A stretch of 64,000 nt of DNA, taken from Escherichia coli (GTDB taxonomy: Bacteria; Pseudomonadota; Gammaproteobacteria; Enterobacterales; Enterobacteriaceae). The notes below the pieces were generated by a model. It made no database searches. It saw only the letters and a program-made list of their open reading frames with translations, and was not told the origin of the DNA. The translations under genes and the position numbers were made by a program. The first letter of the stretch is position 1; every line of letters begins with the position of its first letter. Positions 39,594 through 50,824 of the stretch are shown one piece after another. Location: NCBI RefSeq assembly GCF_017348835.2, contig NZ_CP071375.1; one strand, 5' to 3'.

Positions 39594-41846
39594 TTATCCG
39601 TTCTGGACTTCACCCGCTAACCAACGCGCCGCAGCAATAACCCCCTGCCCCAGAGACAAACCGCCATCACCCGCCGGTAAACTCTGTGGAAAGAGCAATG
39701 TGAAATCAGCGAGATAATGCGCCAGACGTGCACGCAGCAAACGGTTATGAATAACCCCGCCGCTAAATACCAGCGTAGTGATACCACGCATCGTGGCCTG
39801 CTCACGCATCAACGCGGCAAAACCCTGCGCCAGCGCATCATGAAACGCCCACGCGCGTTGATTAACCGGAGCCTGCCAGTTCAGCCACTGCTGCCAGAAA
39901 GTGGCGAGATCCAGTTGATTGTCCACCCGCGGCATCGTCACCGGATGCGTCACTCCGTCGCACGAATCTGCGAGCGCCTCCAGAGCACAAGCTGCTTCAC
40001 CTTCATAACTTAACGTGGCTGGCGCACAGCCCAGTGCCGCCGCCACAGCATCGAACAAACGCCCACACGATGACGCCAGCGGCGCGTTAATTCCACGCTC
40101 AATGGCCCGCGCCAGCACGCTCCAGTTTTGCTGTTGCACACTTGCCGTTTCAGGGTAATTCTGCCACTCCGGCACAAAGCGCAGGCACTGCGCCAGCAGG
40201 TTACGCCACGGCTGCTTCGCCGCCAAATCGCCACCCGGAAGCGCCACTGCAGGCAAGCCGCCCAGGTGCTCACATTCGCGATAGTTCACCCGCAGGCACT
40301 CGCCGCCCCACAAAGCGCCGTTCTCCCCCATACCGATACCGTCGAGCGTCAAAGCAATGACATCACCGCCATCCAGCGGCCACTGATGCTCTGCCAGACA
40401 CGCCGCTGCATGGGCATGATGATGCAGCACCGTTTGCGTCGGCAGATTCATTTCGCGCGCCCACTGGCTGGAGACATAGCCCGGATGCGCGTCATGCACA
40501 ACGTATTGCGGGGTAAAATCGTAGATGTTTTGCATCAGGCGTAACGCTTCGCGCCACTGCATCTGGATGCCATCGTCACTTAAATCGCCCAGATGCTGGC
40601 TCAACACCGCTTGTTCACCGCGCACCAGGCAGAAGGTATTTTTCAGATCCGCGCCGAGACACAGCACAGGCGGAACATTTTTAAAGCCCGGAGGCAAAGC
40701 CAGCGCATCCGGCACATACCCCCGCGAACGGCGCAGCATTTCGCCGCTTTCGCGCACCACCGAATCATCCATCCGCTGCACGATGTCGCGGTTATGTATC
40801 AAGAATCCGTCGGCAATGCCCTGCAAATCCGCCAGCGCCTGTTCGTTGCTGATAGCCGGTGGTTTACCGCTCAGGTTGCCAGAGGTCATCACCAGCGGGC
40901 ATTGCAGTTCCTGTAACAGCAAATGCTGGAGCGGGTTCGCAGGCAACATTACCCCGACTTCGTTAAGGTCAGGGGCGATATCATCACAAAGCTCAGGTAC
41001 GTATTTTTTATCCACCAGCACAATCGGCGCGGCGAGCGTGGTAAGCAACTGGCGCGCAGCGTCTGGTAAACCGTCAGCCACTGGCAACATGACCGCCAGC
41101 GGTTTCGCCGGGCGATGTTTGCGCGCCCGCAGTGTCGCCACCGCGTTACTGTTACGTGCATCGCAGGCAAGATGAAATCCGCCAATCCCTTTGATGGCGA
41201 CAATGTTGCCCATTTTTAACTGTGCGATAGCTGCCTGTAATGCCGCCTCTTGTTCCGCATGTTCACCATGACTTACCCATTCAAGATGCGGGCCACACTC
41301 CGGGCAGGCCACCGGCTGGGCGTGGAAGCGACGATCGAGCGGGTCGCGGTACTCTTTATCACAGGCTGGACACAGCGGAAACGCCGCCATCACGGTAAAC
41401 GGGCGATCGTAAGGCATGGCGCGAATAATGGTGAAGCGCGGGCCGCAGTGGGTACAGTTGATAAATGGATAACGATAACGCCGTTCGCCTGGGGTATTCA
41501 TTTCGGCAAGGCAAGCAGGGCAAGTGGCAGCATCGGGAACAATTTGCGTATTCATGGTGCCGCCTGTGCTCTGGCGGATGGTGAACTCGGTGGGCGGCTG
41601 TGACCAGATAAACGGCTTACGCTCGACGCTATCAATACGCGCCAGCGGCGGGCAGTGCTGATGCAATTGAACAAGAAACGTTTCCGGGTCTTCCAGCAGC
41701 CGGACTTCTACGCCATCGCCGTCATTACAGACATCGCCGTGAAGATTTAATTGCTGTGCCAGCTGCCAGACAAACGGACGAAAACCGACGCCCTGCACTT
41801 TGCCACGAATACGCAGTTGAACACCGCAAGATGTGTTTTTTGCCAT
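39594..41846 (-). CDS. hypF: [NiFe]-hydrogenase maturation carbamoyltransferase HypF
   Basis: ORF 39594..41918; acylphosphatase, Zn-finger and YrdC/Kae1-like regions; start trimmed to [25 protein letters not shown] (750 aa). Confidence 0.9.
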   Translation of the reverse strand: MAKNTSCGVQLRIRGKVQGVGFRPFVWQLAQQLNLHGDVCNDGDGVEVRLLEDPETFLVQLHQHCPPLARIDSVERKPFIWSQPPTEFTIRQSTGGTMNTQIVPDAATCPACLAEMNTPGERRYRYPFINCTHCGPRFTIIRAMPYDRPFTVMAAFPLCPACDKEYRDPLDRRFHAQPVACPECGPHLEWVSHGEHAEQEAALQAAIAQLKMGNIVAIKGIGGFHLACDARNSNAVATLRARKHRPAKPLAVMLPVADGLPDAARQLLTTLAAPIVLVDKKYVPELCDDIAPDLNEVGVMLPANPLQHLLLQELQCPLVMTSGNLSGKPPAISNEQALADLQGIADGFLIHNRDIVQRMDDSVVRESGEMLRRSRGYVPDALALPPGFKNVPPVLCLGADLKNTFCLVRGEQAVLSQHLGDLSDDGIQMQWREALRLMQNIYDFTPQYVVHDAHPGYVSSQWAREMNLPTQTVLHHHAHAAACLAEHQWPLDGGDVIALTLDGIGMGENGALWGGECLRVNYRECEHLGGLPAVALPGGDLAAKQPWRNLLAQCLRFVPEWQNYPETASVQQQNWSVLARAIERGINAPLASSCGRLFDAVAAALGCAPATLSYEGEAACALEALADSCDGVTHPVTMPRVDNQLDLATFWQQWLNWQAPVNQRAWAFHDALAQGFAALMREQATMRGITTLVFSGGVIHNRLLRARLAHYLADFTLLFPQSLPAGDGGLSLGQGVIAAARWLAGEVQNG

Positions 41847-41998
41847 TGAGTTATTCCCGCCATCATGAATTGCGTAACCCGCCCTGCCGGACACGACAGC
41901 GTCGCATCCGGCAGTCACAGGTCGGCGATACCGCCCGCTCCGTATTCTACGAATATTTCCGGGAATTCCTTTGATGCCAGAACAGTTCTGTAAGATTT

Positions 41999-42526
41999 TT
42001 AGAACATCAGCGCCGTACGGCGGCGTTTTTCTGCGCTCAGTTGTTCAAGTTTATTACGATCGACACAAATCAGCGCATGAGTCGGGCAAGCCGCCATACA
42101 CGCCGGGCCGTCTTCACGATGGTTGCACAGGTCGCATTTATTGGCTTCGGCTTTGTCAGCCCGTACATTCAGACCCGCGCCGCTGTTGCGGATCACCGGA
42201 CGTACCACCACTTCCATCGCGCCATACGGGCAAGCCACAACGCAGGTTTTACAACCAATGCAACGTTCCTGCATCACATGAACAAACCCTTTATCACGGC
42301 TGATAGCACCATTCGGGTAGACGTTAGCGCACGGTGCATCTTCACACTGACGGCAAACTGTCGCCGTGGAAATGTTCACACCTTTAATGACATGGATACG
42401 CGGTAAAAATGTTTCCGGGGTCAGCGATGCACAGTCCTGATTTTCCTGATGAGAAACCACGCACGCCACTTCACAGGTACGGCAACCAATACATTTACTC
42501 GCGTCAGCAATGATGAAACGGTTCAT
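41999..42526 (-). CDS. hydN: Ferredoxin-like 4Fe-4S electron-transfer protein HydN
   Basis: ORF 41999..42541 with multiple CxxCxxCxxxC motifs; start trimmed to [15 protein letters not shown] (175 aa). Confidence 0.9.
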   Translation of the reverse strand: MNRFIIADASKCIGCRTCEVACVVSHQENQDCASLTPETFLPRIHVIKGVNISTATVCRQCEDAPCANVYPNGAISRDKGFVHVMQERCIGCKTCVVACPYGAMEVVVRPVIRNSGAGLNVRADKAEANKCDLCNHREDGPACMAACPTHALICVDRNKLEQLSAEKRRRTALMF

Positions 42527-42562
42527 CAAATTCTCCAGCAATGACAGTTAATGCGCCGATAC

Positions 42563-42670
42563 ATTCACAAATCATGCCAGTTTTTAATTCACTGTTATTT
42601 AAGGAAATTAATTTCTATAATGCAGGAAAAAAGATGTCATCGACACTAGTGACGATGACATGTGATGACA
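42563..42670 (-). promoter_or_regulatory. Putative hydN-hypF control region: -24/-12-like element plus FhlA-UAS-like tgtcatc/gtcgatgaca repeats
   Basis: Minus strand reads ctggcatgatttgtgaatg (imperfect sigma-54 element) and catgtcatcgtcactagtgtcgatgacatc upstream. Confidence 0.35.
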
Positions 42671-42674
42671 ATGT

Positions 42675-43685
42675 TTATCGCGAAAGAGCAATGAGTGAGT
42701 CGCGGCAGATCAGTTTTCCGCTGAAGGTTTTCGGCGGTGAGAAATCCCCGCCATCGAGCATAAAAATCAGCCGTCCAATAATTTCCTGAATCATCTCAGT
42801 CACCGGAATTTTTACGCTGGAGAGCGCCGGAACGATATAGGGGGCAATTGCGATATCATCGAATCCGATAACTGACACCTGCTCTGGCACCGCTACGCCG
42901 CGCTCGTGTAACGCTTTCATCGCACCTATCGCCATATCGTCGTTACTGGCAACTAACGCGCTAAATTTAGCCCCACGTTCGAGCAACGTTTCTACCCCTT
43001 CGGCCCCGCTGGCGGGCGTCCATTTACCGTTAGCGATAAGTTTTTCATTGAGCGCAATACCATGCTGCGCCAGCGCGTCTTTATATCCGGCAAGACGTTC
43101 AACGCTGGTGGGGGAATCCATCGAGCCGGTAAGAAAAGCAATCTCCTGATGCCCGGCGTTTATCAACTCTGCCACAGCGTTAAAGCTGGTCTGTTTATGA
43201 TCGCACCAGACGCTATGGCTGCTATTTTTGCGCAGGCGGCGATTAAGCACCATTATCGGCTGACTGTGCGCGTCAATGATGTCATCGATTTCATCCACAC
43301 TTAAAAAACGCGGGTAAATCATAATGGCGTCGCAGCGCAAATCCAGCAGATACTGAATCGCCTGGCGCTCTTCTTCGGCGCTGTGTTTACCATCTGCCAA
43401 TAGCAACTGCCGCCCTTTCTCTTCCGCCATTCGCGCGGCATGAAACAGTAATTCACTAAAATAAATGCCGTGGTAAAGCGTGTTAGTCACTACCAGCCCC
43501 AGCGTCTGGGTACTTTTCGCCGACAGATTGCGCGCCAGCAAGTTTGGACGGTAACCGCTCTCTTCTACCGCCTGAAACACGCGATCTTTAGTCTCCTGGC
43601 TGACGTAGCCATTACCTGAAAGCACGCGGGAAACGGTCGCTTTTGAAACCCCGGCGCGCTTCGCCACTTCCAGCATCGTCGTCAT
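42675..43685 (-). CDS. ascG: LacI/GalR-family repressor AscG
   Basis: ORF 42675..43727; start chosen at MTTMLEVAKRAGVSKATVSRVL (HTH); exact start uncertain. Confidence 0.85.
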   Translation of the reverse strand: MTTMLEVAKRAGVSKATVSRVLSGNGYVSQETKDRVFQAVEESGYRPNLLARNLSAKSTQTLGLVVTNTLYHGIYFSELLFHAARMAEEKGRQLLLADGKHSAEEERQAIQYLLDLRCDAIMIYPRFLSVDEIDDIIDAHSQPIMVLNRRLRKNSSHSVWCDHKQTSFNAVAELINAGHQEIAFLTGSMDSPTSVERLAGYKDALAQHGIALNEKLIANGKWTPASGAEGVETLLERGAKFSALVASNDDMAIGAMKALHERGVAVPEQVSVIGFDDIAIAPYIVPALSSVKIPVTEMIQEIIGRLIFMLDGGDFSPPKTFSGKLICRDSLIALSR

Positions 43686-43944
43686 CATTTTCATCCCTTT
43701 ACACGCAATCAACGCAGTGTACTGCACCGTTTACCGATTGTCCTTGCGCAATCGGCGGGAAAAATATTCAGGTGACCGGTTTCACAAATATAAAAAATGA
43801 ACAACTAACTCTCTTGCTTATTTGGTTACAACTATTCATGATTTTGTGAAACCGGTTTCTTAATTCCGTTTCAGCATCGGCATTTTTCCGTCACGTCGAC
43901 TGATAACAACTACATCTTCCCTACTGATAACAGGATAAAATCCG

Positions 43945-46835
<2,891 letters not shown>

Positions 46836-46844
46836 GCAACCGTG

Positions 46845-46924
46845 CCGGATGCGGCGTGAACGCCTTATCCGGCCTACATGTCGCACGAACTATGCAGGCC
46901 CGATAAGCACTGCGCATCGGGCAA
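46845..46924. repeat. REP/BIME element downstream of ascB, at the left edge of the accessory insertion
   Basis: gccggatgcggcgtgaacgccttatccggcctac plus a second, inverted, more degenerate unit. Confidence 0.7.
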
Positions 46925-46948
46925 TCTGGAGTTTGGCATCAGTCAAAA

Positions 46949-47368
46949 TCAAAGAAACCATTCCGGCTTAACGCCAAATCGGGCTGAAAGTGCCTTAATG
47001 TGGGATATTGTCAGGGATCGTTGTCCAGACAAAATCTGACTAACCAGGGATTTAGAGCCGATTTCGTTCTTCAAATCCGCATAGGTCAGATTATGTTGAT
47101 CAATCAACGTGCGAAGTAACGCCACGCCAACCGGCATTGCCGCAACGGCTTTGTCGAACTCTGCAAACTTTTCGTTGTTGTTTTCATACTCTGCAATGCG
47201 GCTCGCCAGAAAGTCGATAAGTGGATTGGTGTCATCTTCTTCAATCAAATATTCGACCAGTTCCAGTGCTTCACGATAATCATCTTCTGAGTCACTGCCT
47301 CCCAGAAAGGGGACTGCATTGACCAGTTCTCTTGTTGCTTTAACAGCGCGTGCAGCATTAGCAGTCAT
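46949..47368 (-). CDS. HigA-like antitoxin (XRE-type HTH at the C-terminus)
   Basis: 139-aa ORF resembling E. coli HigA (AVPFLGG...ALELVEYL...EFAEF...LLRTLIDQ...GSKSLVSQILSGQRSLT); overlaps the upstream toxin gene by 4 nt. Confidence 0.8.
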   Translation of the reverse strand: MTANAARAVKATRELVNAVPFLGGSDSEDDYREALELVEYLIEEDDTNPLIDFLASRIAEYENNNEKFAEFDKAVAAMPVGVALLRTLIDQHNLTYADLKNEIGSKSLVSQILSGQRSLTISHIKALSARFGVKPEWFL

Positions 47369-47676
47369 TCTTTGTTCTCTCTGTAGTAACGTGTCAGTTT
47401 GTCATACTCTGCGTGATTCGTTATGTGCTTCACAAAGAACCGCTTATTAACAAAGTTTATGTAGGCAATAACCCTAAGATTGTTCCCGCCGACATCCAGA
47501 ACGTACCATTTGTTGCGATATTTAAAATTGTCGAGGTTGGGAAACGCCGTTCGCATTTCTTCTGGCGTAGAAAAATCCGTTTCCTTAATAACCCGATACA
47601 ATGCCTGAAGAGCCAGAGCGTCGTTAGGATATTTACGCGCAGACTCTTCAAATGGCACTTTAGAAATGATGTGCAT
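47365..47676 (-). CDS. HigB-like mRNA interferase toxin (RelE/ParE superfamily)
   Basis: 103-aa ORF resembling E. coli HigB (MHIIS...KYP...FPNLDNFKY..K.YV.DVGGNNLRV...EYD); toxin-first order and 4-nt overlap with the antitoxin. Confidence 0.8.
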   Translation of the reverse strand: MHIISKVPFEESARKYPNDALALQALYRVIKETDFSTPEEMRTAFPNLDNFKYRNKWYVLDVGGNNLRVIAYINFVNKRFFVKHITNHAEYDKLTRYYRENKE

Positions 47677-47680
47677 TTTT

Positions 47681-47784
47681 AAGTTTTAACTTCCTTATAG
47701 TAAGTAAACAGCCACATCTGCGAGTTCTATCCTCATGTGTTCGGAAACTATAGCTCATCAAATCCAAGTTCACAATATGTAAAC
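47681..47784 (-). promoter_or_regulatory. Putative higBA-like promoter/operator region
   Basis: Minus-strand -35 ttgtga, 16-bp spacer, -10 tatagt; inverted repeats gttcaca-ata-tgtaaac (47768-47784) and aagtt-tt-aactt (47681-47692) overlap the -35 and RBS regions. Confidence 0.35.
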
Positions 47785-47837
47785 ACTTGCGCGTGATATA
47801 ATTACCCCCAAAATCCTCATAACCACTCTGCAAAAAG

Positions 47838-48611
47838 TCAGTTCTGATTCACCCCATCAAGCACATCCCCCTTTATCAAGCAACGCTGCGTCAGCGACAG
47901 ATCTTCCGTTTGTGTGTCGCGCCCGGCGATGGGTTTGAGGACGAGTTTACGGTTGGGGGTATAAGTAAAGCGCGTGAGCGCGGGATAGCTTAACTTGCCA
48001 AACCAGCCGTGAACACGCTGCCATTTGGCGTCTTTTACCTGATACAGACTGGTTATCCAGTAACCAGAATTAAACTGCATATCCAGCAATTGCGTGTGAC
48101 CATTGCCTTGTAAATCCAGCAAATCATCTACGCCAGTTTTGCTTGCAGTGTAGAATCCCCAGGGTTCAAAGACACAGGGACGGCCTTCGTGCGTGAACGT
48201 CATGAGGATTAAATGTGCATAGGGCGCCAGACCATTACCGGCACTTGGCAACCAGATAACCAGATCCTGAATGCCGTTACGATCCAGATCGGCGCGATAG
48301 AGCTGCCCTTTGCCCGCCATATTTGCCAGCAACCCCACTGGCACCGTCCAGGATTTACCCGCGCGGTCTTTAGCGGTTAATTGCCAGTAATCCTCTTCAT
48401 TTGGCATCTTCTCAAGCGTCACGCCAGCAACGCCGATTTTTCTAAAATGCCAAGTTTGCTCGGTATAATAAGGCATGGTCAGGAGAGGTTTCAGCGCCCG
48501 CTTTTGCGCATATTCGCTGCCACTCATTGGCAGATATTCGGTAAAGCTGGTGGCCTGTGCAGACTGCACTAAGCTCAATAAAAAAGCGCACATCCCTGTT
48601 CTGATGTTCAA
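47838..48611 (-). CDS. Exported protein of unknown function with Sec-type signal peptide and two DxDxNG-like repeat motifs
   Basis: 257-aa ORF; TTG start at 48611 or ATG at 48593; signal-like CAFLLSLVQSAQA; motifs ADLDRNGIQDLVIW and DLLDLQGNGHTQLLD; Trp-rich. Confidence 0.6.
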   Translation of the reverse strand: MNIRTGMCAFLLSLVQSAQATSFTEYLPMSGSEYAQKRALKPLLTMPYYTEQTWHFRKIGVAGVTLEKMPNEEDYWQLTAKDRAGKSWTVPVGLLANMAGKGQLYRADLDRNGIQDLVIWLPSAGNGLAPYAHLILMTFTHEGRPCVFEPWGFYTASKTGVDDLLDLQGNGHTQLLDMQFNSGYWITSLYQVKDAKWQRVHGWFGKLSYPALTRFTYTPNRKLVLKPIAGRDTQTEDLSLTQRCLIKGDVLDGVNQN

Positions 48612-48635
48612 TTCCCTGAATTCCCTGATGAAGAA

Positions 48636-49106
48636 TTATTCTTCTTCCACCGCTAACTGCGCAAATCCGCCGTTCCCTTCCCAGCCTTCCAGTCGTTGAT
48701 AAACGGTTTCTACCGCATCTTTAATCGGCTGGGTCATTGGGTAGTAAAAGCCGACGATATCCGGCTGGATGCCGAGAAAAATCACCTCGCCAATATCTTC
48801 TTTCAACTGGTCGATAAGATAGTTCAGCGGCATGTTATGGGTAGTCATCATAAACATTTCGGCGATATCATCCGGATCGATGATGCGGATCTCGCCGGGG
48901 TTTAGCCCCATATCCGTGGCGTCGACAATCAGCAGTCGTGTCGGGCGCAGTTCGCGGATAGCGACAATGTCGTTTTCCGGTGCGCTACCGCCGTCAATCA
49001 CCACCCAGTTGCCTTTCGGCGCGGCGGCGCACTTTTCCGCCAGCAGCGGACCTGCGCCATCATCGCCCATCATGCTATTGCCAACACAGAGTAAAACGTC
49101 AGTCAC
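48636..49106 (-). CDS. hycI: Hydrogenase 3 large-subunit maturation protease HycI
   Basis: 156-aa ORF recognised as HycI. Confidence 0.95.
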   Translation of the reverse strand: MTDVLLCVGNSMMGDDGAGPLLAEKCAAAPKGNWVVIDGGSAPENDIVAIRELRPTRLLIVDATDMGLNPGEIRIIDPDDIAEMFMMTTHNMPLNYLIDQLKEDIGEVIFLGIQPDIVGFYYPMTQPIKDAVETVYQRLEGWEGNGGFAQLAVEEE

Positions 49107-49509
49107 GCAGTCTCCTCACCATCAAATAGATGGCGTTTTCCTGATGAATATCATGCAGCATACTTAACAGCATTGTACTCCATTCCTGCTGCTGCGAAGT
49201 TTGCGCTGCCCGGGCTTTATCGAATGCATTGGCCAGCATCGGCACATGGTTAATGTCGATGACGATCTCACCGTACTTCGGTACGCCTTCCATTTTGCGG
49301 CGGGCTTCGCTGCCCGCCTCCAGAGTGGCAATCCATGCCAGATATTCATCCCACGGGCAGGTGAGCGCCGCTTCCAGGCAATCGATAACCCCAAGGTGGT
49401 GACCAATCGCCAGGCTGTAATAGACCACCTGCTGCGCCTCGGCGGGCGTGGCATCGTTCTCATCAATAAATTTACGGCTCAGTTGACTGAACACCACCTT
49501 TTCACTCAT
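49099..49509 (-). CDS. hycH: Formate hydrogenlyase maturation protein HycH
   Basis: 136-aa ORF. Confidence 0.9.
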   Translation of the reverse strand: MSEKVVFSQLSRKFIDENDATPAEAQQVVYYSLAIGHHLGVIDCLEAALTCPWDEYLAWIATLEAGSEARRKMEGVPKYGEIVIDINHVPMLANAFDKARAAQTSQQQEWSTMLLSMLHDIHQENAIYLMVRRLRD

Positions 49510-50273
49510 CGGATACGCGCCTCTTCAACAACATGATTCAGATGGCTGACAATCTCGTTCAGACGCGGATCGTTTTCCGCTTCCAGCCAGCGTGCAACCT
49601 GTTCTTCGCCCTGCCCTAACTGTGTAAGGTAATCATCGGCAATCTGACGACCGTAACGATAACCCGCCAGTCGACGTGCTTCGCGATCCACTTTCACACG
49701 CAGCGGCTGCACCATATCGCCATGCAGGATCTCCGCCGGTTGTTCATCCTGCTCACCCGGCCCACGGGCGTGAATTTTCTGCTCCAGCAGGCCGAGCGCC
49801 ATTGCAAAGCCGTACAGCGTGGCGGCAGGCGTTGGCGGGCACCCCGGAATGTAGACATCCACCGGGACGATTTTATCCGTACCGCCCCACACGCAGTAGA
49901 GATCGTGGAAGATCCCGCCGCTGTTACCGCAGGCACCGTAGGAGATACAAATTTTCGGGTCCGGCGCGGACTGCCACGCACGCAGCGCAGGGGATCGCAT
50001 TGCACGGGTGACCGCGCCGGTAAACAGTAAAATATCCGCATGACGCGGTGAAGGAACGACTTTAATGCCGAAGCGTTCTGCATCGAACAGCGGCGAAAGC
50101 GTGGCGAAAATTTCGATTTCGCAGCCGTTACAGCCGCCGCAGTCCACACGGTAAACGTAGGCAGAACGTTTGATTTTTTTCAGTAACGACGCCTTCATGC
50201 TGGCGATGGATTCATCCACCGTCATCGGGACCGGAATGCCGTTGGCGTCACGGGGGCCTAATAAATTGCTCAT
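49506..50273 (-). CDS. hycG: Hydrogenase 3 small subunit HycG
   Basis: 255-aa ORF, NuoB-like with Cys ligands. Confidence 0.95.
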   Translation of the reverse strand: MSNLLGPRDANGIPVPMTVDESIASMKASLLKKIKRSAYVYRVDCGGCNGCEIEIFATLSPLFDAERFGIKVVPSPRHADILLFTGAVTRAMRSPALRAWQSAPDPKICISYGACGNSGGIFHDLYCVWGGTDKIVPVDVYIPGCPPTPAATLYGFAMALGLLEQKIHARGPGEQDEQPAEILHGDMVQPLRVKVDREARRLAGYRYGRQIADDYLTQLGQGEEQVARWLEAENDPRLNEIVSHLNHVVEEARIR

Positions 50274-50815
50274 CAGATGGCCTCTTTCATATGGCGAGTC
50301 AGTTCAATACGGTCGGACGGCACCAGGCATTTCTGGCGCTTACATTCCGGGCAAGTCTCAAAGCTTTCGCGGTGGTTTTCCGCGCGGCTGTCACCATTGT
50401 GCTTAAGCAGCGCAATGGCGTAGTCTATCTCTTTCTGGACGGCGAAAGGACGATTGCAGACGCGGCAGTTGCACAGCGCGAAGCGGGACTGTTGCAGGAA
50501 GTCTTCTTTCTTCCACACCGCCAGTTCGTACTCTTGCGACAGTTTGATCGCCGCCGTCGGGCAGACTTCTTCGCAGCGTCCACAGAAGATGCAGCGACCG
50601 AGATTAAACTCCCAGGCAAGCTCTCCTGTGGCGAGGTCGGTTTCAACCGTTAAAGCGTTTGACGGGCAGGCATTGACGCAGGCCGCGCAGCCGATGCACT
50701 GCTGCGGGTTCTGCTCTGGCTTACCACGGAAGTTTTTATCAACCGCAATCGGCTCCAGCGGATAAGACGAGGTCGCCGTGCCGGTTTTGATGACTTTTTT
50801 GATAAAGGTAAACAT
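50273..50815 (-). CDS. hycF: Formate hydrogenlyase Fe-S subunit HycF
   Basis: 180-aa ORF with two 4Fe-4S CxxCxxCxxxCP motifs. Confidence 0.95.
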   Translation of the reverse strand: MFTFIKKVIKTGTATSSYPLEPIAVDKNFRGKPEQNPQQCIGCAACVNACPSNALTVETDLATGELAWEFNLGRCIFCGRCEEVCPTAAIKLSQEYELAVWKKEDFLQQSRFALCNCRVCNRPFAVQKEIDYAIALLKHNGDSRAENHRESFETCPECKRQKCLVPSDRIELTRHMKEAI

Positions 50816-50824
50816 GGCGATTCC

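Noticed and set aside
47413-47682. 89-aa plus-strand ORF
   Set aside because: Antisense to the HigB-like toxin gene; the minus-strand toxin reading is far better supported.
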